A stretch of DNA of 24,578 bases, from positions 1-24,578 of the forward strand of contig NW_021836340.1 of assembly GCF_006345805.1 (NCBI RefSeq), written 5' to 3'. This document shows, piece by piece, positions 21,295-24,578 of the stretch; positions within the stretch are counted from its first letter, which is position 1, and each line of letters starts with the position of its first letter. The notes under the pieces were generated by a model. That model had not been told where the DNA came from and ran no database searches. It worked only from the letters and a program-made list of their open reading frames with translations. The position numbers and the translations under genes were made by a program. This stretch comes from Octopus sinensis (taxonomy: Eukaryota).

Positions 21295-21560
21295 AAGTCC
21301 GGGTAAGGTTGTTTATGGAAGACCAGCAGTTGCCCATGCATACCGACCTCCCCTCTCCATGCCACCAGGAAAGGCAAAAAGGGCCGATACTGCTTGCCAC
21401 CTGTGACGTCTCAACACCTTTGTACAGCTGAGCGAACAGTAGCAACGTGAAATAAAGTGCCTTGCCCAAGCACACAGCACGCAGCCCTTTTTGGGATTTG
21501 AACTCACCACAACATCACAGGCGTAAGCTCGACGCTCTAACCACTGAGCCATGCACCTTC
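21295..21560 (-). mobile_element. tRNA-derived SINE, family D, 3'-truncated
   Basis: Minus-strand head GAAGGTGCATGGCTCAGTGGTTAGAGCG...GAGTTCAAATCCC, then GGGCAAGGCACTTT; 3' part shared with 8070-8240. Confidence 0.87.
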
Positions 21561-21579
21561 ACATGTAAAAAGTAAAAGA

Positions 21580-21626
21580 ATATATATATATATATACATA
21601 TATAATATATACATATATATATATAT

Positions 21627-21719
<93 letters not shown>

Positions 21720-21729
21720 CCATATATAT

Positions 21730-21778
<49 letters not shown>

Positions 21779-21788
21779 TATATATATA
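21580..21788. repeat. (AT)n microsatellite
   Basis: Direct inspection. Confidence 0.95.
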
Positions 21789-21815
21789 CAGAATGTCTTC
21801 AAGGAAGTAAAGATA

Positions 21816-21846
<31 letters not shown>

Positions 21847-22029
21847 TATATATATATTATTGTGCCTGGGGAGAGAAATGTTTTTAGTGTTCAACACACA
21901 AATCACATAAAGAATCTTGCAAACCAAATAAAGAAAAATATATATATATGTATATATGTATATAAGCATATATATATATATATATATGCATATATGTATA
22001 TATGCATATATATATATATGTATATATGC

Positions 22030-22065
<36 letters not shown>

Positions 22066-22660
22066 ATGCATGTATGTATGTATGTATATATGTAGTTTGT
22101 GCTGGTGTAGTAGATTTTATCACATATTTTCTAGTGTGATATTCCACCTGTATTTTCATATTGCGTTATAAAGTTATTATTCACATAGCGACAAGCTGTG
22201 TTGCCATTAATCCTGAATTCTGTATTATTTCGAATACATTCTCAAACTAGTTGAGAATGGATTTAATACGTAAGCTTTAAATGTTTACGTAACAGTTTGT
22301 TACGTGGATTGTTAGGAAATGTGACGGAGAGGAAGAGAGAGGAATAAAAGGAGAGAAAGAGAGAAAGGTATTAATTTGTCTTAGTCTCTTCTCTCAATAA
22401 TTCTTCCATCGTTTTGTACCCTCTCTACTTCTGAACTGCACAGACAACCTCATTTCCGTCATTGTATTGCGTAACCACCTGAAACCATCAATTGATACGT
22501 AACCAATTGAAATATAAGTAATTGCATGGAGAAATGCGAGCGAGAGAAATAATATTCTTAAAATTATAAACCTGGATAAGTACAGGGCAAGAAAAATGTT
22601 TTACTTCAAATATTACAGCTAAGGAAAAAATTTCAAATAAAATATTTAGATTTAGGAAAT

Positions 22661-23061
22661 ACTAGCAGTATCGCCCGGCGTTGCTCTGGTTTGTAAGGGA
22701 AATAACTATATAAGCATTTTTAGAGAGTTATAGCCAAAAAATAGCAAAAAGTGCATTAAAATGGAAAGAAAATGATGGTAAATTTCTTTTTAAATCGTTG
22801 ACTCGTCGTAGACATTTTCAGAGAGTTACTTCCCTTATATAATAGCGAAAAAATGCATTAAAATGGAAAGAAATTATGGTAATTTTTTTTTTTAATCGTA
22901 GACTCATCGTAGACGCGCGCTAATACCCAGAAGGGCTCGATATGAATCACGACTATAAGATACCCGGTTTTGGATAAACTGCACCGCAAAATGTGGGAGT
23001 AGTTAGGAATCTAAATCGTAGGAGACAGACAGCACACAACCTTACTTTTATATATAAAGAT
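22661..23061 (+). mobile_element. Non-autonomous Helitron-superfamily element (Helentron/HINE-like), 401 bp
   Basis: Starts ACTAGCAGTATCGCCCGGCGTTGCTC, ends TTTTATATATAAAGAT, sits between two Ts, and has an internal tandem duplication (22716-22813 and 22814-22914). Confidence 0.7.
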
Positions 23062-23522
23062 TAGCTTTGAGGAATTTCAACCGTGTTTCGTGGTCTGCTA
23101 CCACAACAGCTCCTTTATAGGATCCAGTTAGCTCAAGACATCATCGAGAGGAACCACGTCCGGTTTCGGCCCCTACTCCTCTACCGTTTTGATGTGGTGT
23201 AAGCCTTTGTGTGTGCGTGTATGTGTGTGCGCTCGCTAGTGTGTGTGTGTGTGTGCGCGCGTGTGTATATGAATGATTTATTGAGTTGTTTGATATCCTA
23301 ATTCATATATATTCGTCTAAAACATCAAAATGGTGCCAGCACTTTCTGATGATATCTATTCCCTTTCTGGTGCCATGCAATATCGATATTTTAGTTTGGG
23401 GTTGAGGGGATACATGCTTACATACACACACATGCGCATATATATTTCATGTGTGTGTGTACATATATGTATATATGTATGTATATATGTATATATTTAT
23501 ATATTTATGTATATATTTTGTA

Positions 23523-23560
<38 letters not shown>

Positions 23561-23655
23561 ACGAAGTGCATTTGAATAAAGAATCTCATTTTTTTCCATT
23601 TTCTGTCTCTGATTTATTTATACACATGCATACATACACGAAGACATCATTCCTC

Positions 23656-23693
<38 letters not shown>

Positions 23694-23884
23694 ATATATA
23701 TTTATTTACATCTATTATATTATGCGGTTGTATATATATATATATATATATTGCATCTATATTATATGCGTGTATATATATATATATTCAAATTTATAAA
23801 TACACATACATACTTGCTGGCATACATGTAAGCACGTATGTATATAAACTTACTTGCATATATACATACATATATGTGTGTGTT

Positions 23885-23916
<32 letters not shown>

Positions 23917-24034
23917 TTATTTAGCACAAATAAGAATGACACAACATTCGGGAGTTTCATGCGTTGGCGCTTATCAAACTAGTTACAGTTACATATTATA
24001 TATATATATACATATATATATATCACATGATTCA

Positions 24035-24090
24035 CAAGGCTATCGAATCTTGTAATACATCGCTAGTCACAATGCGCTTTGCATCGTTGT
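24035..24090 (-). mobile_element. SINE family C tail X remnant
   Basis: Reverse complement ACGATGCAAAGCGCATTGTGACTAGCGATG matches 4506-4535. Confidence 0.6.
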
Positions 24091-24096
24091 CAGGGG

Positions 24097-24139
24097 GAGG
24101 TGAACTGGCCAAATCGTTAGCACGCCGGAAAAATGCTTA
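24097..24139 (+). mobile_element. SINE family A head only
   Basis: GAGGTGAACTGGCCAAATCGTTAGCACGCCGGAAAAATGCTTA. Confidence 0.7.
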
Positions 24140-24210
24140 TATTCTATAATATTTGGTTATTAGAGGACGATTCTGCTAGATTCATTGCCCTCTAATAACC
24201 AAATATTATA

Positions 24211-24578
24211 GAATCCTTTGTACAATAGGCACAAGGCATGAAATCTGGGGGATGAGGTGGAGGATGGAGGGATATGTCGACCACATAGACCCCAGTGCTT
24301 GACTGCAAATAATTTCATCGAAGTCAAATCGAACGCGGCGGAATTTTAGCTCAGAACATAAAGACAGGCGAAATACCTATTTCTATTTCTTTACTACCCA
24401 CAAGGGGCTAAACACAGAGAAGACAAACAAGGACAGACAAATGGATTAAGTCGATTACATCGACCCCAGTTGCGTAACTGGTATTTATTTAATCGACCCC
24501 GAAAGGGATGAAAGCAAACTCGACCTCGGCGGAAATTGAACTCACAACGTAACGGTAGACGAAATACCTATTTCTTTA
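24211..24578 (-). mobile_element. Head-to-tail or nested family A SINE series: A2 body 24211-24377, A1 body 24378-24568, next A1 tail 24569 onward
   Basis: Each unit begins at GGTATTTCG directly after an A1 tail ending AAGAAATA. Confidence 0.88.

Noticed and set aside
23070-23205. Open frame IQLAQDIIERNHVRFRPLLLYRFDVV with ag and gtaagc boundaries
   Set aside because: The DNA resembles a dispersed repeat remnant from recall, no protein is recognised, and it connects to no other exon.

Overview
Eukaryotic, AT-rich, repeat-saturated DNA; no prokaryotic genes, CRISPR arrays or intact RNA genes are present. The SINE families (tRNA-like heads with GGCGAGCTGGCAGAAACGTTAGC, GGCGCAGGAGTGGCTGTGTGG and GGCGCAATGGCCCAGTGG starts) and the microsatellite load look like an Octopus genome; this is inferred from recall, not from a search. 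Nearly all ORFs in the supplied track are microsatellite or SINE artefacts. Supportable content: about 20 tRNA-derived SINE copies or fragments from four working families (A-D, my labels); fragments of three RLE-type (Dong/R4-like) LINEs, two of them embedded in (TAA)n; a mariner 3' end; two inverted L1/Tx1-like 3' ends; a probable bipartite RTE-derived element; a Helentron/HINE-like element; Penelope-type hammerhead-ribozyme elements; several long palindromes or MITEs. No host protein is recognised. A set of minus-strand candidate exons, including two 5-9 nt microexon-like sites, suggests the window may be mostly intron of one gene, but this is unproven.
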